Under the pieces are notes generated by a model. It worked only from the letters and a program-made list of their open reading frames with translations, was not told the DNA's origin and did not search any database. The position numbers and the translations under genes are program-made. Below, piece by piece: positions 1 to 12,659 of a stretch of 64,000 bases of DNA; the first letter of the stretch is position 1; every line of letters begins with the position of its first letter. Source of the stretch: Felis catus (lineage: Eukaryota); assembly GCF_018350175.1 (NCBI RefSeq), contig NC_058368.1, positions 180,050,001 to 180,114,000 of the forward strand. The letters are read 5' to 3'.

Positions 1-2219
1 TGACTTTTAAAGCTCTGGAAAAGTTAAAAATACTTTTGGGTAGTTATGAGCATTAGGCATAACAAATGGCTCCGAGAAACCCAGGGTAGTTTCGGTAATG
101 AAATATGAAGTGATGGGGGTGGCATTTCAGGCTGCCTCTGACTGGGGAAGGAACTCTTTGGGTTACGTGCAAACGCCGTTATTAACATTTCTGGCTGCCA
201 CTCAAATAAAATATCACACTCCGACCCCCTCATTACTACAAACCAGGGCAATAACAAAAACAGCAGGGGGGGGATGCTGGAAAGAACATATTAGTCCATT
301 GAATCTAATTGCAAAATCATTTCATTAAAATGGGTCAGCGGTTCCATCGCAGAGGTCCACCAGTTATAATCTAACTATACTACAGAGAGCGATTCCTGCT
401 AACTACAGACGCCCTCACCTTGATTAAAACGAAAACGCATTTAATCGGCGGCAGTCCCCAGCCACAGCCCAGCCAGGGTACATCTTCAAGCTCATCGTGT
501 TGAAGAGCAGCACACTGTGCTCCCTCCTGTCTTTCAGAGGCATTTGATCAGTGCCCAGGGTTCCTCCACTTTGCAGGGATTCCATTGTAGACACCTTCTG
601 AAAGAAAAATATATGCATATGTGCAAAATGCCCCTTCACGCCATCACCGTGTAGAACCACTGGCAGGGAGCAAGAGAAGATTGTCATTTAGCAGGGTTTG
701 CAAGATGAAATTCATCCAGGACACAGCATGCTGATGTGTCTGGAGGAAGATGGCCCAGGTCAGAGTTATTCAGTGGGAGGGATCCTGGCAAGCCAAGGGC
801 AAGAGATTTGCATAATGCATTGGATTAGGAAGCAGCCCAAATAACTGCGGGGATACGTGCTCAGATTGTGCTCACACAAGCCTGGGAGTGGAAGGGTGGG
901 ATGAAGGAGGGGGACAAGGAGGGAGCAGAGGGAAAGGTCCAGGCCTCTGATACTCTGTCTTAAGTAGAAGACACTTCAGAATCAGAGACTTCATTCCCAG
1001 TCAGGAATTGGCATAGGGTGATAAGGTGAGGGGGAAGAAACCAAGAGCATGGAAGATGTCTGCTTCCTGCCTCCCATAGCCCTCTGCAGGAAAGTGCCAA
1101 CCAATCTACCTCTGCCAAGTTGGACTTTATGATCAGTTCTAGAAGGACTGGAATAAAGGTTTTGTCAAAATGCACATCTGCAGGAAAGCATAGTATTAAT
1201 CACACAAGCCTTGGCTTCAGCCTGACTGGGTTCATCCCTCTGTCATATATCAATTGACCTGAGAGCCCCAGTTTTCTCTTCTAGAAAATGGACTCACAAT
1301 GATCTCGAGAGTGTTGCAGGGATCAAATGGACTTACTCATTTGAAGTTTGATGAATAGTGCCTCGTTCATGGTCTGTGCTCCATAAATGTCAGCTATTAT
1401 CACTAGCTACACTGATATTTTAATGGCCTCTGATATGCCAAATATTCCACTAAGTTCTTGAAAGCAATAGTAGTAGAATCATAGATATTTATACGATTCT
1501 TTACCCTTCCCCAGAGACTCTTCACTGCCTCGCTCTTCCTTGCATTTTCACGACCACCCCTGTGAGATAGGGGCAAGTACTAGATTCCCATTTTACATGT
1601 GGACAGACTGAGGCTAGTGAGTGCCAGAGCCTGGACAAACCCACTACTGCTAAAACTTCTGAGCTGCTAGTGCCCCACGTTGCCCCTAATGCAGATAAGA
1701 TCACCAAGGTCTGTCTCAACCAGTTAAGCGCTCCAGTGATGTCCATGTTCTCTGAAACACTTTCAGAAATACTTACAGGACAACTGATGTGCTATTACAC
1801 CTCGGGCAAACATGGACCAAGCCCATGTTTTGTACCTAGCATGGTGCTAATGAAACGTTGGCCCCTGCCAACTAGCTGGTGGCTGGTAGAAGAGCCAGGG
1901 TTTCCCCAGTCACCTCCACTGTGATTGCTGGTCTCACGAGGTTTGCCCAGGTACCAAGCAAGGGATTATTTCCAATCAATAAAGCAGTACCCCTGGACAT
2001 CTTGTGAGACATCACTTATTGATACTGTTGCCATTACTGTGTGACCTCAGGAGAAAGTCAATGTCAAAAAAATAAATCTTAGTTCCAGCTAAGAACTGGC
2101 CTTTCACTGTGGTTGAACAGAGCTTATTCTCAAAAGATCGGGCAAATCATTTGGACCCTCACAAGAGCTGTGCTTGTCTTGACAGTTTTTAAATGTTAAT
2201 TTATTACTACTGTGTTTTT

Positions 2220-2450
2220 TTTTTAAATTTTTTTCAACGTTTTTTATTTATTTTTGGGACAGAGAGAGAGACAGAGCATGAACAGGGGAGGGGCAGAGAG
2301 AGAGGGAGACACAGAATCGGAAACAGGCTCCAGGCTCTGAGCCATCAGCCCAGAGCCTGACGCGGGGCTCGAACTCACGGACTGCGAGATCGTGAGATTG
2401 TGACCTGGCTGAAGTCGGACGCTTAACCGACTGCGCCACCCAGGCGCCCC
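2220..2450 (-). mobile_element. Young felid Can-SINE (SINEC_Fc-like), full length
   Basis: Reverse complement starts GGGGCGCCTGGGTGGCGCAGTCGGTTAAGCGTCCGACTT; has (CT)n and an A tail; perfect 18-bp target-site duplication TATTACTACTGTGTTTTT at 2202-2219 and 2451-2468. Confidence 0.97.
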
Positions 2451-3134
2451 TATTACTACTGTGTTTTTAAAGAGGATCATCAGGCAACTCTGAGCCAAAT
2501 TCCCGAGCGTTAGGGCAGTGGGCTTCAAATCCCCAGGTCCCCAACCCTCGTTATTGGCTTCAATGGTGAAATCTAGTGTCAACAGTCATTGACCACCATA
2601 TGCTGGGCCTCCTTTATTGTTTCCTTACTTGCTTGAAGATAACTGAGTGTGAATCCCCCTCCCTTACCTCATCCTCACCCTGACAGCCCTCATCAAAACC
2701 CCATCAGAATCTCTTCATTTGGACTTTCATGGACATTTAGACAGTCCACAGATGATGGGCATCATGGACTCAGTACTCTCCACCCCAAATTATAAGACAA
2801 ATTCTGCACACATGCACCTAAGAGCATTTCTCTGAGGAGAGCATAAGTTTGCATCAGCTTCTCAAAAAGGTCCGTGACCCACCAAAGCTTAAGAGCCCAC
2901 AGAGCTTGAGCCTGGTTTCCCAGAGGACTGAAATCATGAATGACAAAGACCAAATGGAAAGTGGGGATCTGGGGTAGAGAGGACACCAGCAAGGTGGCCA
3001 CGCATGAAGGCAATGCTGTCACTGGGCCCTCCCCACCACCACCCCACCACGTGCCTCCCCATCCCCCTGCCAACAACCTCAGCTGGGCCAGGAGCCCCAG
3101 TGGTCCTGACGCCCCCCTCTTTGGCCCCGCCTAG

Positions 3135-3285
3135 GCTCAGAGGATTACCGCAGCAGGTTCAGCAGCGAGTGCTTCATGGACCTTGTGTGCCCTGAGAAGT
3201 GCCGCTGTGAGGGCACCATTGTGGACTGCTCCAACCAGAAGCTGGCCCGCATCCCAAGCCACCTCCCTGAATACGTCACTGATCT
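3135..3285 (+). CDS. SLIT3: SLIT3 exon (~15), 151 nt, LRR N-terminal cap of domain 3
   Basis: ctag|GC...GATCT|gtaagt; (G)[49 protein letters not shown](L). Confidence 0.97.
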
Positions 3286-4253
3286 GTAAGTACTACCTGG
3301 GCTGGAACTCCCTACATGTCCCCACACCCAATCACCCTGAACCAGCCCAAGCAGGGTCCTCTGGAGGCAGCTCCCTCCCGGCTCAGTCACATGGGCACTC
3401 CGTGGCTGTCCTCTGCATCCTTGGCACAGGATAAACACCTAAGCATCCCCACCCCGCTCCCCAGGAATAGCTTCCTCAAACATAAAGACAGTCCATTCAT
3501 TATACAAATATTTTCTGAACACCCTCCGTGAGCCAGACACTGTGCTAGGCCCATCAGCCTCCACAATGAACAAAGCAGATGGTCCCCCCAGTTCCTTACT
3601 AAGCTTACAATATAATAGAAAGATGGCTATAAGTAATTGTCAAAAGCGAGAAAACACTAAAATGATTAGATCTATCTGAGCCTCCAATTATCCATGCTAA
3701 TAAAAGGATGTGTTGGTTGGTCCACAAATGGAAGAGCTAAAAAGCTACAGCATGGTCGGGGTGAGGGCACAGCATGTGCGGAACCAACACACCTGGGTCT
3801 GAGTCCGGTCTTCTCCAAGTTTCCTCACATCAAGCATGTTGCTTCTCAGGTCTGAGTGTCCGATTCTTAGCTATAAAATGGAAGTGATGGTGCCTACCTC
3901 CTAGGGGGGTTAAGAGGATCAAGTAAGAGAATGCAAAGCACAGAATTCATATTGAACCATGCATGGCATGGGCAAACCCGGCATAAATGATGGTGGTCTT
4001 CATTATTAGTGTTGTTAGTGTGAGGGTTCTCTTTGACTTTACACATCCCAGGGGCACACAGTGAGGCAGCGCCTTTCGGCCCCTCCTTCTCTCTGACTTT
4101 TCCCCAGCTCCGCTGACCTCAGCTGAGTGTGAGGTCCTGGTGTCAATTCAGCTCAAGCCATGGGGGAGCTGTGGGAGGGTCCCATGGAGGGCAGCAAAGG
4201 AGGTGCCCCATCCTCAGCTATCCCACTACCTTGTCTGCTTATTTCCCATGCAG

Positions 4254-4328
4254 GCGGCTGAACGACAATGACATATCTGTCCTAGAGGCCACTGGGATCT
4301 TCAAGAAGTTGCCCAACCTGCGGAAAAT
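4254..4328 (+). CDS. SLIT3: SLIT3 exon (~16), 75 nt, one LRR
   Basis: gcag|G...AAAAT|gtaagt; [24 protein letters not shown](I). Confidence 0.97.
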
Positions 4329-5364
4329 GTAAGTCAGCCTCGGGAACTTAGCAGCAGCCTCCAGGCCCTGGCCAGGGTCTGTCCTGCAGACTACAGCCGT
4401 GTGCCAAGGCATTGGTGGCCCCCTCACCTCTGCTCCAGCCCTTCTCAGCCTCCTCCTGACCCCACACTGGGCATGTATTTAGAAGTAGGACAGGAAGGCA
4501 CAGCCATACAGAGACAGACCAAATTGAAACTTCACTGTTTTTACATTGTCAGTTATTCTGCAGATCATGCATTCTACAGCATCCCTAAGTCTCCAGGTCC
4601 CCTCTGTTCATCCTGATCCCCCACACCCAACACCTACCCCAAGGAGGGTTAAGAGGGACTCAGGTAAGGTCCAGCAATGGAACTCAGAGGTCTAGGGTGC
4701 ACATCACTTCGTACTTTTTACAAGGTGACAGGTGAAAGGTCTGTTTCTAGATGGCCTCTAGAGGCTTCTGCATTAGACCTTGGAGCAGAAATGCCAGATG
4801 TCTTGTATGCCGAGCTGCAGTCTCGGTGTCCCCGGGCCTGAGTGGAGCCTGACATCAGGCAAAGGGTCCACGTGCTTATGCTGGCTTCTCCAATGCCATG
4901 GCTGCCTGTCCTCATAACCCTCTCCCTGCCTAGGAGTTTGGGCCAGACAAGAATAATGTGGCTGAGCTAAGGGAGTATTTGTCCCGGGCCAGGGGCCACA
5001 TTCCCTGCCTCATGCACATCATCTCATGAAGACCTTATATACCTGCCTGCTGCTGCTTCACACTCCTTTGTGTGGCTGAGGAGGCTGGCAGGGCTCAAAG
5101 AGGTTTTATGACTTGTCTGAGACCATACAGCCAATAAATGTCAGAGTTGGCACTCATACGTGGGTTCATCTGTCATCGCACTAATGTGCAGGTGGGCTCG
5201 CTTCCCTTCATCCTCCCTTCCCACGTGCCCTAGCAGAGGAACCAGCACACATGGGAACTCTCTACCATCTAACTCCCTTCTCCTTGGCCCCTCTCCCTAC
5301 TCTCACCCCAGAGTCCATATCTCCTGGCCCCAGAGTTGGGTTTGCCTGTGGAACAAAGGAAATA

Positions 5365-6028
5365 CAATTAAGCTTCATTACTCACAAATCCCATATTTGC
5401 TAATTGGCTTACTCACTGAAACTTATTTGTAATCTCAAAATCAATACAGTGCTTTCATACTCATTTGTAGACATGGACGGAACAGCAAAAAACTTTGAGC
5501 CCCCTACACGCATGTTCTCAGCTGAAATCAAAAATGGCCACGCATGCTCTGATTTCTTGTTGCGGCTCTCGGACTGTAAATAGGTGTCCTTTTCACAGTA
5601 TATTTGGTGCCACGTCCTTTCACATGTTTATGCTTTTTGTCAGTGATTTTGCTATTTAAAGGGCCCTAGTTTTAGATCTTTGCATAGTGCTGAAGTGCTA
5701 TCTAGCCTTCCTAAGCACAAGAAGGCTGTGATGTGCCTTATGGAGAAAATGCGTGTTACATAGCTTTGTTCAGACATGAGTTATAGGGCTGTAGGCTGTG
5801 AGAACAATGTAAATAAATCAACGGTGTATATTAAAATAAGGTGTCTTTAAGCAGAAACACATATCAAACAATGTTATGTATTGATCAGCTGATGAAAGTG
5901 TTGTGACCAGAGACTCACAGTAACCTAACCCTGTATTTCCCCTAGGAGCAATGGTTCAGCATTCCCTAATTCATTTTTCCCCAGTGACTTTATAGAATAT
6001 AGCCACCATGAATAATGGGAACTGACTG
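5365..6028 (+). mobile_element. MER82-like TcMar-Tigger non-autonomous DNA transposon, full length
   Basis: Flanked by TA on both sides (5363-64, 6029-30) with degenerate terminal inverted repeats; internal blocks such as AAGCACAAGAAGGCTGTGATGTGCCTTATGGAGAAAAT match the remembered MER82 consensus. Confidence 0.85.
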
Positions 6029-6962
6029 TAACCCTTAATTTTTGTCTTGTTCTTCAGTCTTCCCCCCCCATCAGTCCCCTGCAGGCAAAGAGGAGAAAGA
6101 CCTTCCCCTGCCCCGTGCAGTACCCTCCTCCTTCCCTCCCTGCCCACGGCCACCACCTTGCCCATGGCCTGGCAACTGCTCTGTAACTGGGAGCAGTAGC
6201 ACTCTGAAGGGACAGATGAGAGAGGGACACATGTGGGTCCTGGTGAGGATTGTGGCTGCCTGTGTGTCAAGCTTCAGAGGCCAAGCATAGACATCACCCA
6301 TCACCTGCAAGGAAATGCCCTTTTGAATTCAAACTTGAGAAAGGTGTGCTTTTTTAAACCTCAAAACAGAAACTTCCATGTATATGGAGATAAGGCAGGT
6401 ATTAAAATGAGTAAGGCTAGCCAAGTACATATCTGCACAGTAAACAGGATCAAGTAGTATTTGCTTCCATAAAGAAATATTACGCCCACACACACCATGT
6501 TCAGTGGAGCTCATGCACTTTGAGTCGATCTTTCATCTTCCCATTTGTAACAGGGATGGGAGAACAGAGAACCATTTCTGTGCACCAAGAAAACAATAGC
6601 ACAAACACAATGATAAGTGGCAACCAACTCCTAGCATCCACATCCAAGCAACAAGAGAGTAGTGGGGACTATGACAAAACACAGACCCAGTTCTCGCCCA
6701 AGGAGGCACCGGTTCCTTGGCTTGTCCCAGTATTTGCCTTGCTGGAATGAAGCTCAGGGTTGCCAGATAATCCCTTCAGCAGCCAGAAATCCATGTGTGG
6801 GGAAAGAACAGACCTGTGTTTCTTCCGAGTTCAGCTCTGTCCGTCTCCTGCTGTGTGACCCTAGGAGTGTCCTTAGCCTTGCTGAGCCTTAGTTATATTA
6901 TTTACATAATAGACATAAATCCGCCTTCCTTGTAAGTTATGATGAGGATCAGAAATAAGTAT

Positions 6963-7160
6963 GGGAGTGCCTGGGTGCCTCAGTCGGCTAAGGGGCCATC
7001 TCTTGATTTCAGCTCAAGTCATGATCCCAGGGTTCATGAGATTGAACCCCATGCTCAGCGAGAGCTGAGAATACCTGCTTGGTATTCTCTCCCCCTTTGC
7101 CCCTTCCCCACTCATATTCACTCTCTCTAAAAATGGATAAATAAACATTTTTTTAAAAAT
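6963..7160 (+). mobile_element. Can-SINE, older copy
   Basis: GGGAGTGCCTGGGTGCCTCAGTCGG head, CT-rich body, A-rich tail. Confidence 0.88.
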
Positions 7161-7165
7161 AAATA

Positions 7166-7475
7166 GGGGTGTCTGGGTGGCTCAGTCAGTTAAGCATCTG
7201 ACTCTTGTTTTTGGCTCGGGTCATGATCTCGGGGGTTTGTGGGTTTGGGCCCTGCTGTCAGCACAGAGCCTATTTAGGATTCTGTCTCTCCCTCTCTCTG
7301 CCTCTCCCCCGCTCACACTATCTTTGTCTCTCTCATAAAATAAAATAAAATAAAATAAAATAAAATAAAATAAAATAAAATAAAATAAAATAAAATAAAA
7401 TAAAATAAAATAAAATAAAATAAAATAAAATAAAATAAAATAAAATAAAATAAAATAAAATAAATAAAATAAAAT
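7166..7475 (+). mobile_element. Can-SINE with expanded (TAAAA)n tail
   Basis: GGGGTGTCTGGGTGGCTCAGTCAGTTAAGC head directly after the tail of the previous SINE. Confidence 0.92.
7336..7460 (+). repeat. (TAAAA)25 perfect pentanucleotide microsatellite
   Basis: 125 bp of uninterrupted TAAAA, counted directly. Confidence 0.97.
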
Positions 7476-7755
7476 ACTTAAATAAAACAGGAGTTGCAAA
7501 TTCAAATCCTTTCAGGACCCAGGAAGTAGCACAAATGTGGAAAGGAGCTGGGTACAGGGCAGTGTTAATAATAACAATAATAATAGCTAGCCATTAATGG
7601 TTACTAAACACTGTACTCTGCCCCAGACTGTACTGATACTAATCCATTTTACTCCCACCAAGAGAACCAAAAAAGCTTTGAGATTGTTTCCTTTTACAAA
7701 TAAGGAAGCTGAAACATAGAAAGCACCTTACCCAAGGTTAAAACTCAAGCAGCAA

Positions 7756-7980
7756 GGGCATCTGGGTGGCTCAGTCAGTTGAGCATCCATCCAACACTTG
7801 ATTTCAGCTCGGGTCATGATCTCATGGTTCATGAGATCAAGCCCGTGAGATTGAGCCCTGTGTCTGGTTCTGTGCTGACAGTGCAGATGCAGCCTGGGAT
7901 TCTATCTCCCTCTCTCTCTGTGCCCCTCCCCCGACCCGTGCTAGTGCTCTCTTTCAAATAAACATTTAAAAACAAAAACA
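7756..7980 (+). mobile_element. Can-SINE
   Basis: SINE head and body; target-site duplication AAAACTCAAGCAGCAA / AAAACTGAAGCTGCAA (2 mismatches). Confidence 0.92.
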
Positions 7981-8644
7981 AAAACTGAAGCTGCAACACC
8001 AGCAGTGGTAACAGTGGGGAATGCATGCATCTCTGAAGGCCATAAATGCATGTCTGCACATGTATGTGTGCATAAATGCATATGCATAGTGCTAGCCAAC
8101 CAAGCAAATGACCCGTGGAGCAGATCTGATCCCAAAGACCACCGGCTACAACGAGTTATTTAAAATAATGTGACAGCAACTCTTTTTGTTAAGGCCCTTA
8201 AACTGGGACCCATCACCATCCCTATATCCCCATAGAGGTTGTGGCTCTCAACTGGATCAGAGTAAGGTTAAAGCCAGCAGTGCCTGTGCCCAAGTCGGCT
8301 AAGCTCCCCTAAGGACTGTGGGGTTACACTCTCGACCTGACCCTGACAGGGCACAGGGGCCAAGGAGAAGGAACATAAAATCAGGTGTTTAAGCTCCATG
8401 GTGCGTGCCTTTCCAAACCCTGTCTGAAGCTCTGTGCCTTCACCTGTCCTGTTAGAATCATGAGATCTCTATGAGTATCACATGTACTAAGTATACCAAA
8501 AAGAAAAAAAAAATGTATAAGCCATTACCCAAAAGGTTTATTAGCACTGTGATAATTCAAGGTGACTCTTCAAATGAAGGAAGTCACATGGACTACAGTC
8601 CTCAGGCAGACTTCTATGTCAGTCCTTATTGTGAAGGAGAATCT

Positions 8645-9005
8645 CAGCCACAGGCTAATGCCCAGCAGCCCTCTAGCCTAAATCAGGTATACACAGGTGG
8701 ATTTGTTGGCACTAGTTGTGTTTTTAATAAGAATTAGTTGCCCACTTTTAAAAATCAGGACTGTTCACACAAATAAAAATCCAAATTTCTGGCATCTTTT
8801 GGAAAGTCAGAAGATCTGGCAAAACATGGCCTGCATTCCCAAATGGCTGTTGAAGTGGAGTTGAAGTGAGGGGCAGCCTCCCCCTTAAATAGGGCCTGTG
8901 CTTTCCTGGTCGCTGGGCTTGTGGCCTGTGCTGTCCCCACTGGACTTGCTTTCTACTTTAAGTCACCATCCTGGGCCCTGGGGACATTTGAGCTTGTGAC
9001 CCCAG
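8645..9005 (+). mobile_element. MER102-like hAT-Charlie fossil
   Basis: GAATTAGTTGCCCACTTTTAAAAATCAGGA...AAAAATCCAAATTTCTGGC...GAAGATCTGGCAA resembles the remembered MER102 consensus; ends approximate. Confidence 0.65.
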
Positions 9006-11758
9006 CTTGAAATAGAATTTCTACCTCAGGGGGAGGGAGAGGTTCATAAAAAGGTGGATAGGACCTCCGTGACCTGACAGTGTGCCAGAGTGCTCTTTCA
9101 TTATGACCCAGTGTCCTCAGTTTCTAGAAAAATCCACATAGCTCTCTCCCCACTACGTTTTTGTCTGGGACTGGGCTTTAAACAGGATTACAGATGCTTG
9201 CCTGTTGCCGGAGTTTATGCACTGTCTTACGAACCATGGGCTAGAAGAGGCCTGGGCTTGCCTTCTCAGACTCAGGCTTCCCAGGGGTAGCTAGACGAAC
9301 CCCAGCCTACAGGGGCCTCAGTGTTTCTTGGGAAGATGAGAAGAAGGTCTGAAAGGTACAGGCTCACTGGGGCTGTCCTGCCTCTGCCCCTCTGAACTGA
9401 CCCCAAGTCTGCATAGTGTCCAAGGCTGGACCCTTTCAAGTGTAATATCCCATCCACATCAGAGTCAAAGCCATGATGTAGCCATATTCCTTCAGGTCCA
9501 TTGGTGGAGACAAAAATGGAGAGAAGCCTCCTGAGTGGTCCTGGTTTTACATCCTGGGGTTCCTGGGATCTGGGGTGTCTTCAGGAAGATCCTGCTCTGA
9601 GAGTAAGACAGAGTTCCTACAAAACCCTGATGTCCTTGTTTTGTGTATGGAGTGCTTGCCTCAAGCTGCCTATAGGTTTGAGCAGTGCTTTGATGAATGG
9701 AGAGACAACAGCAGCCTGGTCTTCTGGAAAATTCTATCCCCTCCTTTTGTGCTCTCCTTATGTTTTCCCTTCTCCCAGCCTGAGGAAATCCAATTCACAA
9801 ACCTTACAGTAATGTGATGTTAATTTTGTTCATTTAAAGAAACAGATGTCAGGAAATGGGAGCCCTCCCCCTTCATGGCTGCTTTAACTCATCTTCATTG
9901 CCCGTCCTGTGTACTTTAATTCCCCAAGGAGCCTAACTCTCTGGAGCAAACTCCCACTCCTCTGGCATTCAGATGAGTTATAGCTGCTGGGAGAGCCTTT
10001 ATCTCTCCTCCCATGTCTAATTTGGGGGTAATTTGCAGTCTCCCCAGTGCATTACCTCCATTCCTGGGTTATCCTGGACCAGGACTACCAGGATTTATAA
10101 GAAAACAGGCTGAATTTAAGGAGAGCCAGTCAAGGGTACAGAGCAGAAATCCAGTTAGAGTCTCCCAGCTCTCTCAGACCTTGGGGGAAGGATGCTGAGG
10201 AGTATTGCTGCTGGTTCCCAGGCAGGGCAGAAAGTGGGAGGAGAGCAGGGCTATGACAGGAGCACCAAGGGAGCAGTCAGAGCACCAGCTGTTTCTTCCG
10301 CACCTGTGCACAGGTGTGAGCACTGCCATGCCTTGCGGGACCAGTCCCTGCCTGGAAAGAAGGCAAGGGGCTGGCGTCAAGCCCACGGGTGCCCAGTTCC
10401 ATCACTTGCTCGGAGCCAACTGATGAGGGAGGCTTCATCCCCTGGGGTTGCCATGGGTGAGCCCAGAGCTGCGTGAGACCGGTGCAGGAGAGAAACACAA
10501 GTACCAGGAGCTCAGGGTGCTACTCCGGGACCTGGAGCCACATCCTCACCTGTCTGGGCCTCAGTATTCCCAGCCGTAAAATGCACCAGCTTGTTCATTT
10601 CCGGTGAGCCCTCAGTCCCAACCACATCAGTGTGCTTAGTGGGTTAGTAGGCTTCTTCTGCACCTGCAGATGTCACTGTTCACAAAACACTATTCCCTGT
10701 GCCAGGCATTTGCTCCAGAGACTGGATTCTTCCCCCAGTTTGTGTAAACACCATCACTTTCCACTCCATCCATCCTGCCCGGAATGCATTTCAGGCCTGA
10801 CCATTTTGGGTGGTCCATGGAGACCGCCTGCCAGGAAGAGCCCGGAGGGACTCCCAGCATCAGCAGCCCTGCAGGATCTCTCATGAGGCCTGGCATGTGG
10901 TGATCAGACATCTGAGGGAAAGACCATCTTTCAGAGCTCAGGGGCAGACTCAGAAGGGGCAGTCCCAAGACTTGATAGGACCAAGGTTGCTAGGACTGTA
11001 AGAAAATCCAGTACCCCAAGCTCTGAATTCTGCAAAGCAGTAAGGATGGGTGTGAGTATCCATATCACCAAAGGAACATTCACTCGAGAAAGAGGCAGCT
11101 CCCTGAAGGACTTTTTATGCACCAGAAAGCGGGGACCCAATCTCTTTTCTATCAGCGCGTGACTTTGGGCAAGTTACTTAATAAACTCTCTGAACTTCAG
11201 TTCCTCATCCATAAACTGAGACAATGATAATATACATTAATATTCCTCTGAGAGGCATTATTTTAAGGATTCGATGTGAATCCGTGGTCCTAACCCCTCA
11301 CACAGAACCTAATACATAATCAATGCTGAAAAAGTAGTAACCAGAAGGTATCCATTTACATCGAGGATTTCAACTGAAGAGCTGGAAGTTCTGCAGATGT
11401 CCCACCCCCACTGAGGGCACATTTTGTGTTTTTGTCCTGCCCCCCACTTGAGAAGCACCGCTTGGCTAGAGCTTCTGTTGAAGGGAGAAAATCAGTTTTA
11501 GAAGCACCATTCTAAATATGCTCATCCCCAGGGAAGAGGAACACCCTGAAAAGACTTTAAGCTCCGCACGGCCCATTTCACACAGCAACCCCACCTGTGT
11601 GGATTGGGGTCCCTGCTCCACGGCCGCAGGTGCTGAAGACCATACCTCAGGAAGCCCCACCATCCAGTCCTTGTCCAGAGGTGCCTGAGAGTCCCCACTG
11701 GCCGCAGGGCTGACGATTCCCTTCCTGCACCCTGCCCCACTCTGTCCCCTCCTTCTAG

Positions 11759-11902
11759 AAACCTGAGCAACAATAAGATCAAGGAGGTGAGAGAGGGTGC
11801 CTTTGATGGAGCGGCAAACGTGCAGGAGCTGATGCTGACCGGGAACCAGCTGGAAACAGTGCATGGGCGCATGTTCCGTGGCCTCAGCAGCCTCAAGACC
11901 TT
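11759..11902 (+). CDS. SLIT3: SLIT3 exon (~17), 144 nt, two LRRs
   Basis: ctag|A...ACCTT|gtgagt; [47 protein letters not shown](L). Confidence 0.97.
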
Positions 11903-12089
11903 GTGAGTGCCCAGGGCCTGGGCCAAGTCCCAGAAGGGGATGGGAGGGCAAGGGCATCAGAGGGGGATTACAAAGGCTGCCAGGCAGCTCCTGGGCCCGG
12001 GTCTGTCCTGACCTGTTGAGTGCCTTTCTTCCTGGAGCCAGAGAGGCGCTATACATTTCCCAATCCTTGATGGGAAAGAACTTAGCACC

Positions 12090-12551
12090 CTCAACACACA
12101 CACACTGAAAGATACTTGCCCTAAGCTGTACACATATATAGATTCGTACTGGAAACATGCTGATAGAGGCACATGCACGTTTACCCACATAAACACATAA
12201 ACACATATGCATAACAATGATACACAGTATGCACATAAGCACATACACAAATAAGCATGTACATACAGGTGCACACACACACACACACACACACTCAAGC
12301 TGATGTCTACAGCCACATCTTGATTCTCCTTTCTCCTCTCAGAAATATACATGCATACACTAACCACCATACAACATACATGTGTACACACATACACTCC
12401 TGACACCCAGTTTCACTGTACACAAAGCAAGCACAGGCAAGAATGTACGTACACATTTACATACATGCAGCCCCAGTGCAGACCCAGACCCTACTATCAC
12501 AGAACAAACCTCAGCAACATGACTAGTCTGGGCTTGGAGTTGGCATCCCAC

Positions 12552-12590
<39 letters not shown>
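12090..12590 (+). repeat. CA/TA-rich low-complexity region with two (CA)n tracts (~12271-12294, ~12555-12590)
   Basis: Read directly from the sequence. Confidence 0.9.
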
Positions 12591-12659
12591 TTGTGGCTCT
12601 GTGGTAGGGAGGAGAAGATAATGCCTGTGCCCCCCTCATCTCCACCCCTCTTCTTGCAG

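Noticed and set aside
2244..2582. Near-identical peptides in ORFs at 2244-2582 and 49650-49868
   Set aside because: Both are translations of the same SINE family, not paralogous genes.
1..3134. miR-218-2 hairpin expected in this intron
   Set aside because: The mature sequence TTGTGCTTGATCTAACCATGT was not found; only a chance TGTGCTTG near 2169. It probably lies upstream of the window.
7221..7505. ILFYF-repeat ORF and repeat array resembling a CRISPR or structural gene
   Set aside because: It is the translation of a pure (TAAAA)n microsatellite with no spacers, in a mammalian context.
11466..12406. 274-aa and 149-aa minus-strand ORFs
   Set aside because: Built from (TG)n low-complexity sequence and the antisense of exon ~17.
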